A stretch of DNA of 64,000 bases from the human T2T-CHM13v2.0 reference genome, Homo sapiens: the NCBI RefSeq assembly GCF_009914755.1, contig NC_060937.1; one strand, given 5' to 3'. Within the stretch, counting starts at the first letter, position 1, and each line of letters begins with the position of its first letter. Below, piece after piece: positions 29,761-42,143 of this stretch. The notes beneath the pieces are model-generated. The model ran no database searches, was not told the origin of the DNA, and saw only the letters and a list, made by a program, of their open reading frames with translations. Made by a program: the position numbers and the translations under genes.

Positions 29761-30869
29761 GAGAGACTGAAAAGTTAGAGATATGAGTGAGGAATAAGAT
29801 ACTTAAATTTTGAAAATAAATGTCTTAGTGATAAATCCAGCATGCTACATTTCCCCTTTTACCACAAGAACAAACAAAGGACTATTTTAAAAGAAATGCT
29901 GAGTTCTAAACAGAACACTTTCTACCACAGAAACAGGTCCTCTTCCCCGTACGATCAAGGTTACTGCTCTTCCACTACTCAGGTCCACGTCAGGAGCTTT
30001 GTCAGGGCAGGAAATTCATAAAAGGAGAGCATATCCTAGCTAGCCACTGGGGAGCAAGGTTAGCATCCTTGGGGTGGACCATCCATATGGGTAAGCTGTA
30101 GTTTTGATAAGAATCTGCAGGCTGCCCGTGAGCATCTCGTCTCATGCCTGGCCTTGTGCACTCTGAGCTGGGTGCTGGGCCTCCCAAGAACCCCTGGGGC
30201 CCAACAGGCACGTGCAAGTGACCCTGCAGGAATGCTGCTACCTCCTTGCTAAGCCCAAGAGAACGGGGAAGACCACAGCTCCCAAAGGTCTTAGGGAGTC
30301 TTATGGGGGCTCTTCTTGTGAACAGATCAGTGCATCTTTCTGCTGCTGTCTGCAGGGAGGGGGCAGAGCAAGGGGCTTCCACCCACGTGGCCGCCAAGTG
30401 GAGCCATCCCCACCTGCCATCCCCAAAACAGCCCCCAGAGCCTCACTTGCTTTCTTACTCTGGTAGATGTTTTCTGCACAGGATTGAGGCTGGTCTGAAT
30501 AAAGAAAAAACAAAAACGTACCAAGACATTTTCCAGTGAGTTTAAGGCTCAGTGGTTTCAAAGTACAATTGGGGATTATCATTCAGGGGGTGACATTCTT
30601 TCCCTGTCTACTGCTCTGGTTTTTTCTGTTTGATTTTGTACTGAATGTATACATCCCCTTAGAAATGGAAAAGATTTACTTATTTATGTATTTATTTACT
30701 TTTCTCTATTTAGGGATTAGTATTGGTTGTAAAACCTCATCAGCTCAACATTATGATACTTTGATGAGCTTAAAATTATTGGGAAATGCTATAGGAGGGG
30801 CCAGCAGGGCTTAATCAACCAGTATTGTCTCAGGAAATGTCCAGGGTGCTCCGAAACCTTTCTGAATTG

Positions 30870-31019
30870 GATTTTATTTTATTGTATTATTATTATTATT
30901 TTAGATTTTCTTTAGAGACAGAGTCTCACTCTGTTGCCCAGACTGGTCTCAAACTCCTGGCCTCCCACCTTGGCTTTACAAAGTACTGGGATTAGAGGTG
31001 TGAGCCACCACACCCGGCC
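30870..31019 (-). mobile_element. Alu monomer (FLAM-like)
   Basis: Single antisense arm; TSD-like ga(a/g)ttggatttta. Confidence 0.8.
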
Positions 31020-34000
31020 TGAGTTGGATTTTAAATGTGCTTTTGGTTTTGAAGATACTTCCTTGATTTCGATCCATTTAACAAATACATATGTCCCTAT
31101 TATAAATGAGGCACAGTACCAGAGGCTGGGCAGTTCTGAGGAAGCTAGAGAGTGTTCCTACAGAGCTGCCAGTGTGGTGGATGAATGGGAAAAACCACCA
31201 CAACTGCACTCACGCTGAGTAGAAACGGGGAGCATGTCAGTCGGATCTGGGCTGTCCCAAGCCCTCATGGAGGAAATGACCTCAAATGAGGCTTTAGGGA
31301 TGAAGGGAGTTAGATTAAGTTTGTTGTTAGGGGTAGTGTGTTCCAGGCAAAAAGTGGAGGCCAGAGAAAGGAGAGCACATCTGAGAAGTTGAGAGTAGGG
31401 TAGCCTAAGAGAAAATTACACTGGTCAGGTCACAGTGTCCTCCAGGCCTCTGTAAGGAGCTGGCAGATCCCACAGTGTGGCCTGCGCTTGCCTTCCTGGC
31501 TCCTCTTCACTGGTCCCACAAGTAGAGTTGTATCCTCACCGGGAGTCAAGAGCATGACCCCACCAAGCCTGTTTATGGCAGTTGCTTTATTATGATGATA
31601 TGGAACTGATTTAGATATTATGTAAGCAAATAAAATGTGAATATGAGACTGAAAGGGGACTTGGCATCTCTGACAATGAAATAGAATACTTTGGAGAAAC
31701 CCAATGAAACTCAATAAAAGTGAATTGTTAAAGAAAATTCTATCAAATTAGGTGAGAATTGACAGCTTGGAAAAAATGGAAAAATCGAGGAGTCTATATT
31801 CAGATTGTTTCGCCAGTGTCTCTGGTTTTATTGCTCAACGTTAAAGAAGCCAGAACTGGAAATCATAGCGGACGCATATGGGTGTGGATTGTACAAGAGA
31901 CAATGCAGAATTCTAGTCAGTTGATCGTACACAGGGAGCCTTGTCCTACATCATGACAAAGGTGAATGATTGCACCTATGTATGCCTTAAGTTATGTTCA
32001 TGGCATGCGTGCATGGGGCACTTTTTTTTGGCTTAGGGCTTTTAGGCAGCCCGATTGCTACAAGTCAGAGGACCTCAGCTCCAGGTCAAGGCTATAGCAG
32101 GATGCAGAGGAGGAGGCTGAGAGGTGGGCCTCCACTAAGTTCAGGCTGCCTGGGAGGACAGAGCCTGGGCAACTGGGAGCCACTGAGGGCTTTTGAGGGC
32201 CATGAGATGATCAGATGTGCATTCAGAGAGATCATTGGCTGGATCGTGGAGGACTGGAGACCTCGGGAGTCTGTTGCCTCGGAAAATGATAGTGGCACTG
32301 GAGATATGAAGAACCGAGAGGTCGAGGTAATTGTCTGGATGTTTGGGGCCAGGGAGCAGCCATCCGTGCTGCCTCTGATGCCTGGCTGACAAGGAGCCTA
32401 GGAGAAGAGCATGTTGGTCAATTGGGGAGCTTACTCCATTCCAGGCAGGTCAAGTCAGAGCGACCTATGGGCAGCTCGATGAAGATGACATCACCATATC
32501 CTTGATTGTGAAGCTCTGATTTTGAGGAAGGGGACCCAAAGTTAGAGATGAAGATTTGGGAGTCATCAGCAAAGTGGTTCTTAAAACTCTAGGAAGGAGT
32601 GTGATATGAGTGGGGGTAAAAATGAGAAGAGGATCTTGAACCATGCTCTGAGGACCAACATTTGGGGACCAGTGAAGGCAGAGAAATTCACAAAGAAAAT
32701 AGAAAAAAAGTAGCCAGGCAGGTAAGCGGTGTCCCAGATGTCAAAGGAAGCCAGGGCTTCCAGGTGTGAGAGTGGTTCACACTGTCAAATGCACCAAAGT
32801 GTAGAGAGAAAAATACCCACTGGATCCAGTGGCAGGGAGGAGCTTCGTGCCCTTAAAAAAAAAAACCGGTTTCAGTTCAGCAGTTCAGTGCTAGGGCAGA
32901 ATGCCATGGGAGGATGTTGGGGGAGTTGTCTTAAAATTGAGGTATTTTATCTATTTTGCTTAAGCTGTGTTGATGGTTTTCTCATTTTATAGTTCAAAAT
33001 ACCCCATAAAGGCTCAGGACTAATGAAAAACAATTTATTAGGCTATGATATTAACAATTATTTTGTCTATGTATTACCAGTATCTGAAAGCTTGTTAGTA
33101 TGAATGTGTCAGCGTTTATTCTCACTGAATGTTTTTCAAAGAGATGGGAAGATTACACATCAGAAAATTCCGTTTCTTGATTTAGAATTGATATTAATCC
33201 CCAACATTTAGGAAGTAGGGGAATTTAATCATAGGAAGTGCTTATGTTGTTTCAAATTTGATTTTTTAAATAAAATTAATTGAATTATGAGAAATTACTG
33301 AAACTTATTTCTTTGAAAAGTCTTGTAGTAAAGAAATTTATTCAAATTCTTTGTATTTTTTTTGTTTGTTTAAAACAAAGTTTTTTTTCTTTTTTTTTTT
33401 TTTAGCTCTTTTGTGGTTGTTAAAATCCTACTTCTAATTTGTTGGAATAACAAATTTATGCACTGATAGTTTGATCAGATCACACCACGTTTCTGTTTTT
33501 TCTTAGGACTGTCAATAAAATAAGGCAGTAAGAATTCTTGATTCATAGCCTAAGTGCATCACAAAAGGGAGGTTACTCATACAGTTATTCTGGCCTTATT
33601 CTGTCCTAATTATTATGAAAGTTAATTTTCTTATTAACAGACCTTTGGGTCAAAAAGTGAGAGTGTAATCCCAATCCTTGGGCAAGTCACTTAATCTCAA
33701 AGTCTTCATGTCTTTATCTGTAATGGGAGAAACTAATATGATCTGTCCCACAGATGTGGAAGAATGACCTGGCACACAGTAAGTGTGCAGTAACTATTAC
33801 TAATTAATTAGGGAAGCATTAACTATACAGGGGACAAAGGCAATGATGAGCAGGAAACTGTTTACATCCAGAGTTCTGAGTTACTGATTTAACTGCACTA
33901 ATCAGTGACTTAGCTTAGACAAGTCATTTAGTCTACTTAGTAAAGTCCCAGAGCACTTGGAGTCTATATGGAATAATATACTGTTTATTATCCAAATATA

Positions 34001-34527
34001 AGTTAAGCAAATTTAAAATACATACGTTCAGGTTATTTTAAAAAAAAAGAAACTTGACTGGGTCTTTTTTATAGATTCTCTGGGCTGCAAATTTTAGGTA
34101 TTATCTAATGATTTTTCATTGTATCACCCAGAGACTCCACTGAATTTTTTGTTAAAAGGAAGGAAAAAAAGAAAAGCCGTAGCAGGTGTTGAGGTGTGTG
34201 TGATACCTTTGAAATGACTTTAAGCATCCCATAACATCTTTTTGTTCTCTTGTTTTTTGAATTATCTCTTGCTGCTTCTGCATTTTACTCAAATCGATTT
34301 TCAAATATTTTCTTTCAATAAAGAATCAGAGGGAAAATAGGAACTTGGGATTTACTTGCTTAGTGCCTGTTGCGTGATAGCAGCGGAGCTCTCAGGAAAG
34401 CTGGTTGGAGAATTGGTGATGGAGCACTTGGATTGTTAGGTGGGGATGCCGTGAGCCTTGCCACGTTCCCTTCTCCCCCTACATCTCACTTTATACTCAT
34501 GCCAAGGAATATTGGCTGTTGATTATA

Positions 34528-34864
34528 CAGTCATCCCTGGTTGTCTGAGGGGGATTGGTTCCAGGACTCTTCAGGCATCAGACTCCAAGGCTGTGCAAAA
34601 GTCCCTGATATAAAATGGCCTAATAATTGCATATAACCCATGCCCATCCTCCATATACTTTAAATCACCTCTAGATTACTTAAAGACCTAATATTAATGC
34701 AATGTAAATGCTATGTAAATAGTTGTTATGCTGCATTGTTTAGGGAATAGTTACAAGAAAAAAAGTCTGTACATATTCAGTACAGTCACAGTTTTTTAAA
34801 TGTTTTCAATCTGCAGTTGGTTGAGTCCACAGATGTGTAACCCACAGATACGGAGGACCAACTG
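34528..34864 (+). mobile_element. MER2 (TcMar-Tigger non-autonomous DNA transposon)
   Basis: ta|cagtcatccctgg...gggggattggttccaggac...gatacggaggaccaactg termini and internal match to the MER2 consensus as I recall it. Confidence 0.88.
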
Positions 34865-37362
34865 TGTTTACTTACAAAACGAGATGAATCAATTCACTTA
34901 TCAGTACTCGCAGCAAGTGTTTTCCTGACTGCTAAGACTGCCTATGGTAAAATCCCTGTCTTCTGACTGCTGTGAGACAGCCTGGATTCCACAGAGTCCG
35001 AAGGAATTTAGAAATTATGAAAGGCTTCTGTGTGCAGAACAAGGACTACAAATATGGCCTTTAGTGCCCAAAACCATATTGTCTGCAAGTCTTGGAGATT
35101 GTATTAGCTCCATAGCAGTTATCTTAGCTGTTGTTTCATGCCTCATTGTTGCCTATCATCGAGATTTTTTAGAAGGAATATAGTGTTCTATTTCTTGTCT
35201 CAGAAAAACATAAAGTATTAAACTTTTTTTTTAGCAAGCTCATGAAATTTCATCTTCTAGCAGTTAAAACATTCTCAGTTCTCAACAGCTAGAGTTAAAA
35301 AGTAAAAGTTATTGAAAATATCGTCTGTCTTATTACTAAGCTTCAGAAATTGGATTTTAAAAGAAGAAGAAAGAATATTAAAAGTCAGAGGAAGGAGAGC
35401 AAGACAGCTAAATGTCTAGCGAACCACCACCAAGAGCCAGTAGCACTCTGTACGTATTCCTGGCCTGATCTTACAGACAAGGTCAGGCCTTAGAAATATT
35501 CGGTAACTTTTCCTAGCTTGGCTAAGCAAGATGTAATGAGTAGATAGTGGAGCTAGCATTCAAATGAGATCAAACTGAAAAACACAGATTGCTTTCCATT
35601 CTATTCAGTTTCCCGTATGTTTTCTCCATCACAAAACACAATATTGTCTAATTGATTTGCACAAAGATATGCCTGTTGGCAGTTTTAAAGACCATGTCCC
35701 AATAATTGCCTTCTATTAAGACAAAGAAAAAAGTTATATTCCTCCAATCCCTGTTGTGTTCTTGTTATGTTTGAAATGTGCTTGGTCCTAAGGATCTGAA
35801 AATAACCAGGTAAATACAGAAAAGAAGTGAAATCTGTACTAGGCCCTGAAGGATGAAAAATCCACGTGTGCTTACAGAGAACAGGAAAACAATGGCCTTC
35901 AGCTGAAGCTGGCACCTTTTAAAGGACAATTTTATATTTATTTCTGCATTAATCAAAGTTCTAGTCAGTGCCCAGGTCCAAAGTATCTTGTTTGGAGCTG
36001 TGTTTGGAGAGGGTGGGATATTGAGTAGGGGTGAATGATGAAGGGGTTCATTGAAGCCGCTGAGAGCACATATTCGCTGGTTTTGTGTGTTCAGGTCCAC
36101 ATTGCTCCAAGGTGAAAGCAGTTGCTTTGAAGGCATGAAGAGAGGCACTTTTTCTTCATAGCTGTCTTGAAGCAGGCCGGGGCGAGTCTCACAGAGTTTG
36201 CCCTTGTACTTCAGGCTCCATTTCCTGAGCTGTGTATGATGGGGCCCGCCCCTCCTGTGGTGAAGAGTCTGTGGCTGCTGAGTGGCATTTCAGTCAGACC
36301 TGAACTGAGCCTGCCTTTGCCCAACAGGAGTCGGCCTGCTGAGGCAGCATCTACCCGGCTCATCAGTTTGTGCTAGGACGTGCCATGCCCTGTGTTACGT
36401 TCAATGCCTTTCAGGTTCCTCTGGAAAGTAGCATCACTGTGACCTGTAGATTAATAATCATGTTTGTCTTTAATCCATTTAGAATGAAGAGGTCACTCTC
36501 GGCACTCGATGATTTAGGGGAATGGACATTGGCCTGAATAACTGATAGCAAATGTAGCAAATTATTTCCTGTGAAGGACTCTCCCATCCCAACTTTAGAA
36601 AGTGCAGCCCCGTCTCAGCTGTGGGAGATGGCCAGTGATGTCCACAGGTCCTGGCTGTGTCACTCCTGATTCTGTGTAGTCATTGTCCATATGGGAGTTG
36701 GGATTATGGGTCATTCCAGCCCGTGGCAGCCTTGGTTCTTGGCTGATGTGCCCATCCTTCCGCCCATGTCCTAAAGCTGATGGCCATGCTTTCCCAGGGG
36801 ACAGCATGACTCTCCCCTGGGGCCTGCCTCTCTGCCTAGCACCTGTCCTGTAGTTCTTGGTAATGGGGCCATATCAAAGTTAGTGGGGACATAAAGTTCC
36901 AAGGATGTTCCTGGGTTCTGGATATGTCTGTACCATGAAGGGAGGCAGCTGCTTTGCAGAAACAACAGGGAAGCTGCAGCAGGTGGGAAACTTTGGTGCT
37001 GGTCATCTCTCTGCACTTAATTCGGAGGTGATCATAGAAGAAAATATCTACCATGTCATACTTAAAATAAGAAGATATCAGAAATGTGGAGCTCAAAGGA
37101 ACCTTAATGGCCACTCAATCTCAAGAACCTTAATGAACCTACTCAGTCTCCAGAAATCCTCCTAGAGAGGTCAAGTGCTGACTACTGTTCTGAGTTTGAG
37201 ATACTGCTATTAACTTGCCTCTCCAAGAATTTTATGACATTTCTTTCCCATAGGTATGTAAATATATATGGGTTTTGGGACCAGCTTACCAAAAATAACT
37301 TTCTGTATCTATAGAATAAAATTGATCATAACATCCTATGTGTTTTCAACATCTATTTTTAA

Positions 37363-37660
<298 letters not shown>

Positions 37661-37864
37661 AATCTTCAGTGTTTATTTTGTCCTCTCTGATTTCTCAACA
37701 TTTAATATTAATATGTAAGTTGGATATCTCCACTCCTACCTACGGATCTGATCCCTGTGCTTAATCCTTTTACAGTGTTGCCAATAATCAATGATGGTCA
37801 TTTCCCAGTTCCAGTGAGGTAGTGGTATCTTATCCAAAGAGAAGAGATTAATTTGGGGGTTGGA

Positions 37865-38038
37865 TTTTTCTTTTTTCTTTTTTTTTTTCCAAGTCAGGGC
37901 TTCCCTCTGTCACCCAGGCTGGTGTGCAGTGGTACAATCTCAGCTCTCCGCAGCCTCAACCTCTCAGTCTCAAGTGATCCTTCCTCCTCAGCCTCCCAAA
38001 GTGCTGGGATTATAGGTGTGAGCCACCAATGCCCAGCC
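37865..38038 (-). mobile_element. Alu, internally deleted or monomer-like
   Basis: Right-arm start fused to left-arm end. Confidence 0.8.
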
Positions 38039-38969
38039 AGGATTTTAAGACTTCTTTGAACTATGGTTTAGGTTTTCGTTGTAGGATTCTTACTGATCTG
38101 GTAAATGTAGGCTCTGATCACTAAAAAAAAAAATTAAGCTGAAAGTCCTATCTCCTTGTTCTATCATGCCCCTTTCTACATTAGTAGTGGCTTCTTCCAA
38201 AACTATCTTAGAAGGGTGGCTGGCAGATGTGCCCATCCTTGAGCCCATTTCCTAAAGTTGATGGTAGTCCTTTGCCACAGAATAGTGTGACTCTCTTCCC
38301 TGGGACTCTTCCATCTAGCACCTGTCCTGTAGTGCTTGGTAATGGGGCCATATCCAAGCTGGTGGGGACATAAAGGGGTTGTTGGGTCACATCCTTTGAG
38401 AAGATGCCTGATTTCAAGGCAGTCTTTGTTTATTTACTTGTTTTCCTTCTTTTTATTTTGTTTTGCCTACACAATAATCTCTAGTGAATGCCTCTGGCTT
38501 AAGATCCTGTAATCCCAAGGATGTTAGTCTAGTGCCCTGACCCCGTCTCTGGATTGAGAAAAAGTGCTTGGGAAACAGAAACTATCCTCTTGTACCGGAT
38601 GCCGATGAAAAGTGAAAGTGAGCAAACAGCCTACCAAGTTCTAAGAAAATGAGGCCAAGAGAGCTTTTGCTTTTTGAAAACTAATGATTTTAACCAAAAA
38701 AAAAATTTTTGTAGAAAATGAAAACACTGGATTTTATTTGCCTCCTTCTGGAATTTAGGCTTTGTTGGAATGGATAACCTTGAGAATTAATTCCTACTTT
38801 CTGCTGCTTTGTGTCTGAGTATTATGCATTTTACCTTTTCATTCTGACTAAACTCAAGCCCACCCATTCATTCCATGGTCTTCACTAGTTAGAAAAGATA
38901 CTGATATTGAAGATTTTGCCTCATGGCAGTGCTTCTCCAAGTATGTTGTATAGTTTCTTGAGTTGTCTA

Positions 38970-39136
38970 GAACAACACTTCTGAAACCTGAATGTGCATT
39001 TGAATAACCTGGGATGTTGTTAAAATGTTGATTCTGATTCTGCAGACCTGGGGCAGGGCCCAGGAATCTGAATTTCTCACCAGCTCCCAGTCATGCTGAT
39101 ACTGCTGGTCCATGGGCCCTACTGTGAGTAGCAAGG
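38970..39136. mobile_element. MER5A (hAT-Charlie)
   Basis: gaataacctgggatgttgttaaaatgttgattctg...ggggcagggcccaggaatctgaatttctcaccagctcccag. Confidence 0.8.
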
Positions 39137-39544
39137 CCAGAGGATACTTTCTTTTGGTGTAGTAATATGTGTTGTCATAAAAAAAGAGCGTCATAGCCAA
39201 ATACGATTGTTAAATTCTATGTTAAAGAAGATGGCACAGCTGTCAGTGGGAACTTTTTAGAGCCTGTGATTACTGATGAATCCTGTAGGATATCCAAAAG
39301 GTAGATACAATATACAGTGGTTTTCAAACTCTTTTCTTGGAGCGTATTATGCCACTAGTATTCCATGAGATATACTTAGGAGACTTTACACGAGAGAGAG
39401 AGTAGTCTGCTGTGAAAAACAGTATCGAGGAGTCTTTTGAGCCTATAATTTAATAAACTACCACCTTTATTGAGAATATGCCTGTATTGAATGAATTGTC
39501 TATTAAACATCTTAAGTATTTGCCTCTTTTAAATCATCTTTTTA

Positions 39545-39886
<342 letters not shown>

Positions 39887-40474
39887 TCATAAGAGTTTGT
39901 GTGATCGTGTGTGTTTTTCACTTGTAGTGCGGGTTACTAAGGCTATGAGTTTCCCAGAAAACTGTCCTTACCTGGATTTGAGGGTGGGATGCTCCAGATC
40001 AATAGAAATAGCCACAGATATTTGAAGATAAGAGAAGCCTACGATATAGTATATAGTCAACATGTGTGTTATTACTAATCATACAGCTTTCCATTCTGAG
40101 TTCATGCTGTGATTTCTCTGGGAACTAGCATGTTATTAAGGGACCTCAGGTTTTTTGGAGCGACAGCAGCAGCGTGACGGCTAACATTTATTAACCCCCA
40201 ATGAAGAGCCAGTGCTTCTCTAAACACTGCAATATGTTCTCGAGTAATTCTGTGAGGATTATTGATTGGTGCTGCAGTTATCCCCACTCCGCAGATGTGG
40301 AAAGAGAGCTGCCTAGAGACTTGGAAACTTTCCCTAATTTTGTTATGGGAAAGCAGCTTTTGAACACAGGCAGTCTGACTCCAAAGCTCATCACTATAAA
40401 GCATGCATTTTACTAATTGGCACTATCACTTGTTTAACATGTATGTATGTATGTGTGTATGTATGTATGTATCT

Positions 40475-41086
<612 letters not shown>

Positions 41087-41599
41087 TTAAACCCACATTT
41101 ACTAAGAGATGACTGTGAGGTCACTACTTTGCGTATATATTACCTCATTGTTCATAAAGTTAAAAAGGCCGTGTCTTCTGCTTATGGGGAAATGGAAGGA
41201 AGCTCACTCTTTGTTAACAGTCATTTTACAATATGAAAGACTTGCTCATTGTAGATAATTTGGAAAGTATAGAAGAGTATAGAGGAAATAAAAACAACCC
41301 AGAATATATTACCTGGAGAGAACTTACATGTATACCTTTACATGTATGCCTTTACATGTATACCTTTTGAACAAAATCACTCTTTTAAAGTGATTTCATA
41401 AATTTATAGCTAACTTAATGTAATCTCATAACTCAAATTTTTGTCATACCACAGTGTGAAATCCTAACTGTATTTTTGAACTAAGTGACCCCTGTGCTTT
41501 TCTCTTGTGAAATAAATACCTTTTGAAAAGCTCTCTGAAAGTTTAACTCAGGTTTTGGTTTTGTAGTTAAAAGCAGCACACACCATTTCTCCTACCTTC

Positions 41600-41923
41600 A
41601 CTGAAGGCTCTCGGCAGCACCTGATGGCTTGTGAGTGTGTTTGTCTTTGGTGTATATAGGTTTTGCCTTAGTTTAGAATTCTCTCCTGAAGTCCCCCGCA
41701 ATGTCACTGTAGCCACTAACCCTTGGTCACACGGAGTGTGGAGCCAGCTGTCAGTTTCTGGGCAGGCTCTGGCCGGGAACGCACACAACGTCAAAGCAGT
41801 GAATAAGCGATTTCTGCAGTTCCCGTAGCTGCCAGCCTGTGCAGTCCTCTGTGATGCTTGGGGACCGGCTCCTCGGTCACACCCCAGTCCTGCTCTGAAG
41901 GTTGCCGTTTTCCAAACAGAAGG
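41600..41923 (+). promoter_or_regulatory. Putative internal promoter / 5' UTR of the short SPATA13 isoform
   Basis: Repeat-free, relatively GC/CpG-enriched sequence immediately upstream of the alternative ATG exon; the TSS position cannot be read from sequence. Confidence 0.5.
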
Positions 41924-41978
41924 ATGGTAGCTAGAGGGGAGATAGCAAGATTCTGGAGTCTGGAAAGCCTTCACTTGG
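41924..41978 (+). CDS. SPATA13: Alternative first coding exon of SPATA13: MVARGEIARFWSLESLHL + G (phase 1)
   Basis: ATG in strong Kozak context (aggATGG), 18 codons, donor TTGG|gtatgt; phase 1 joins the 55215 exon as ...SLHL-VSSDGG; matches my recollection of an annotated isoform N-terminus. Confidence 0.85.
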
Positions 41979-42056
41979 GTATGTGTGCAAAGAATGGATT
42001 GTTGTACTGTGACATGTTGCCGATTCAGCTCTTTCCTTCCCAAGTTGCAGTTCTTC

Positions 42057-42143
42057 CCCTCTCTCTCTCTCTCTCCACTCTCTCTCACTCTCTCTCTCTC
42101 TCTCTCTCACTCTCTCTCTCTCTCTCACTCTCTCTCTTTCTCT
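42057..42143. repeat. Imperfect (TC)n microsatellite
   Basis: ctctctct...cactctctct run. Confidence 0.95.

Noticed and set aside
41567-42128. Minus-strand 173-aa and 65-aa ORFs
   Set aside because: They start in the (GA)n repeat and overlap the + strand alternative exon; no protein-family features
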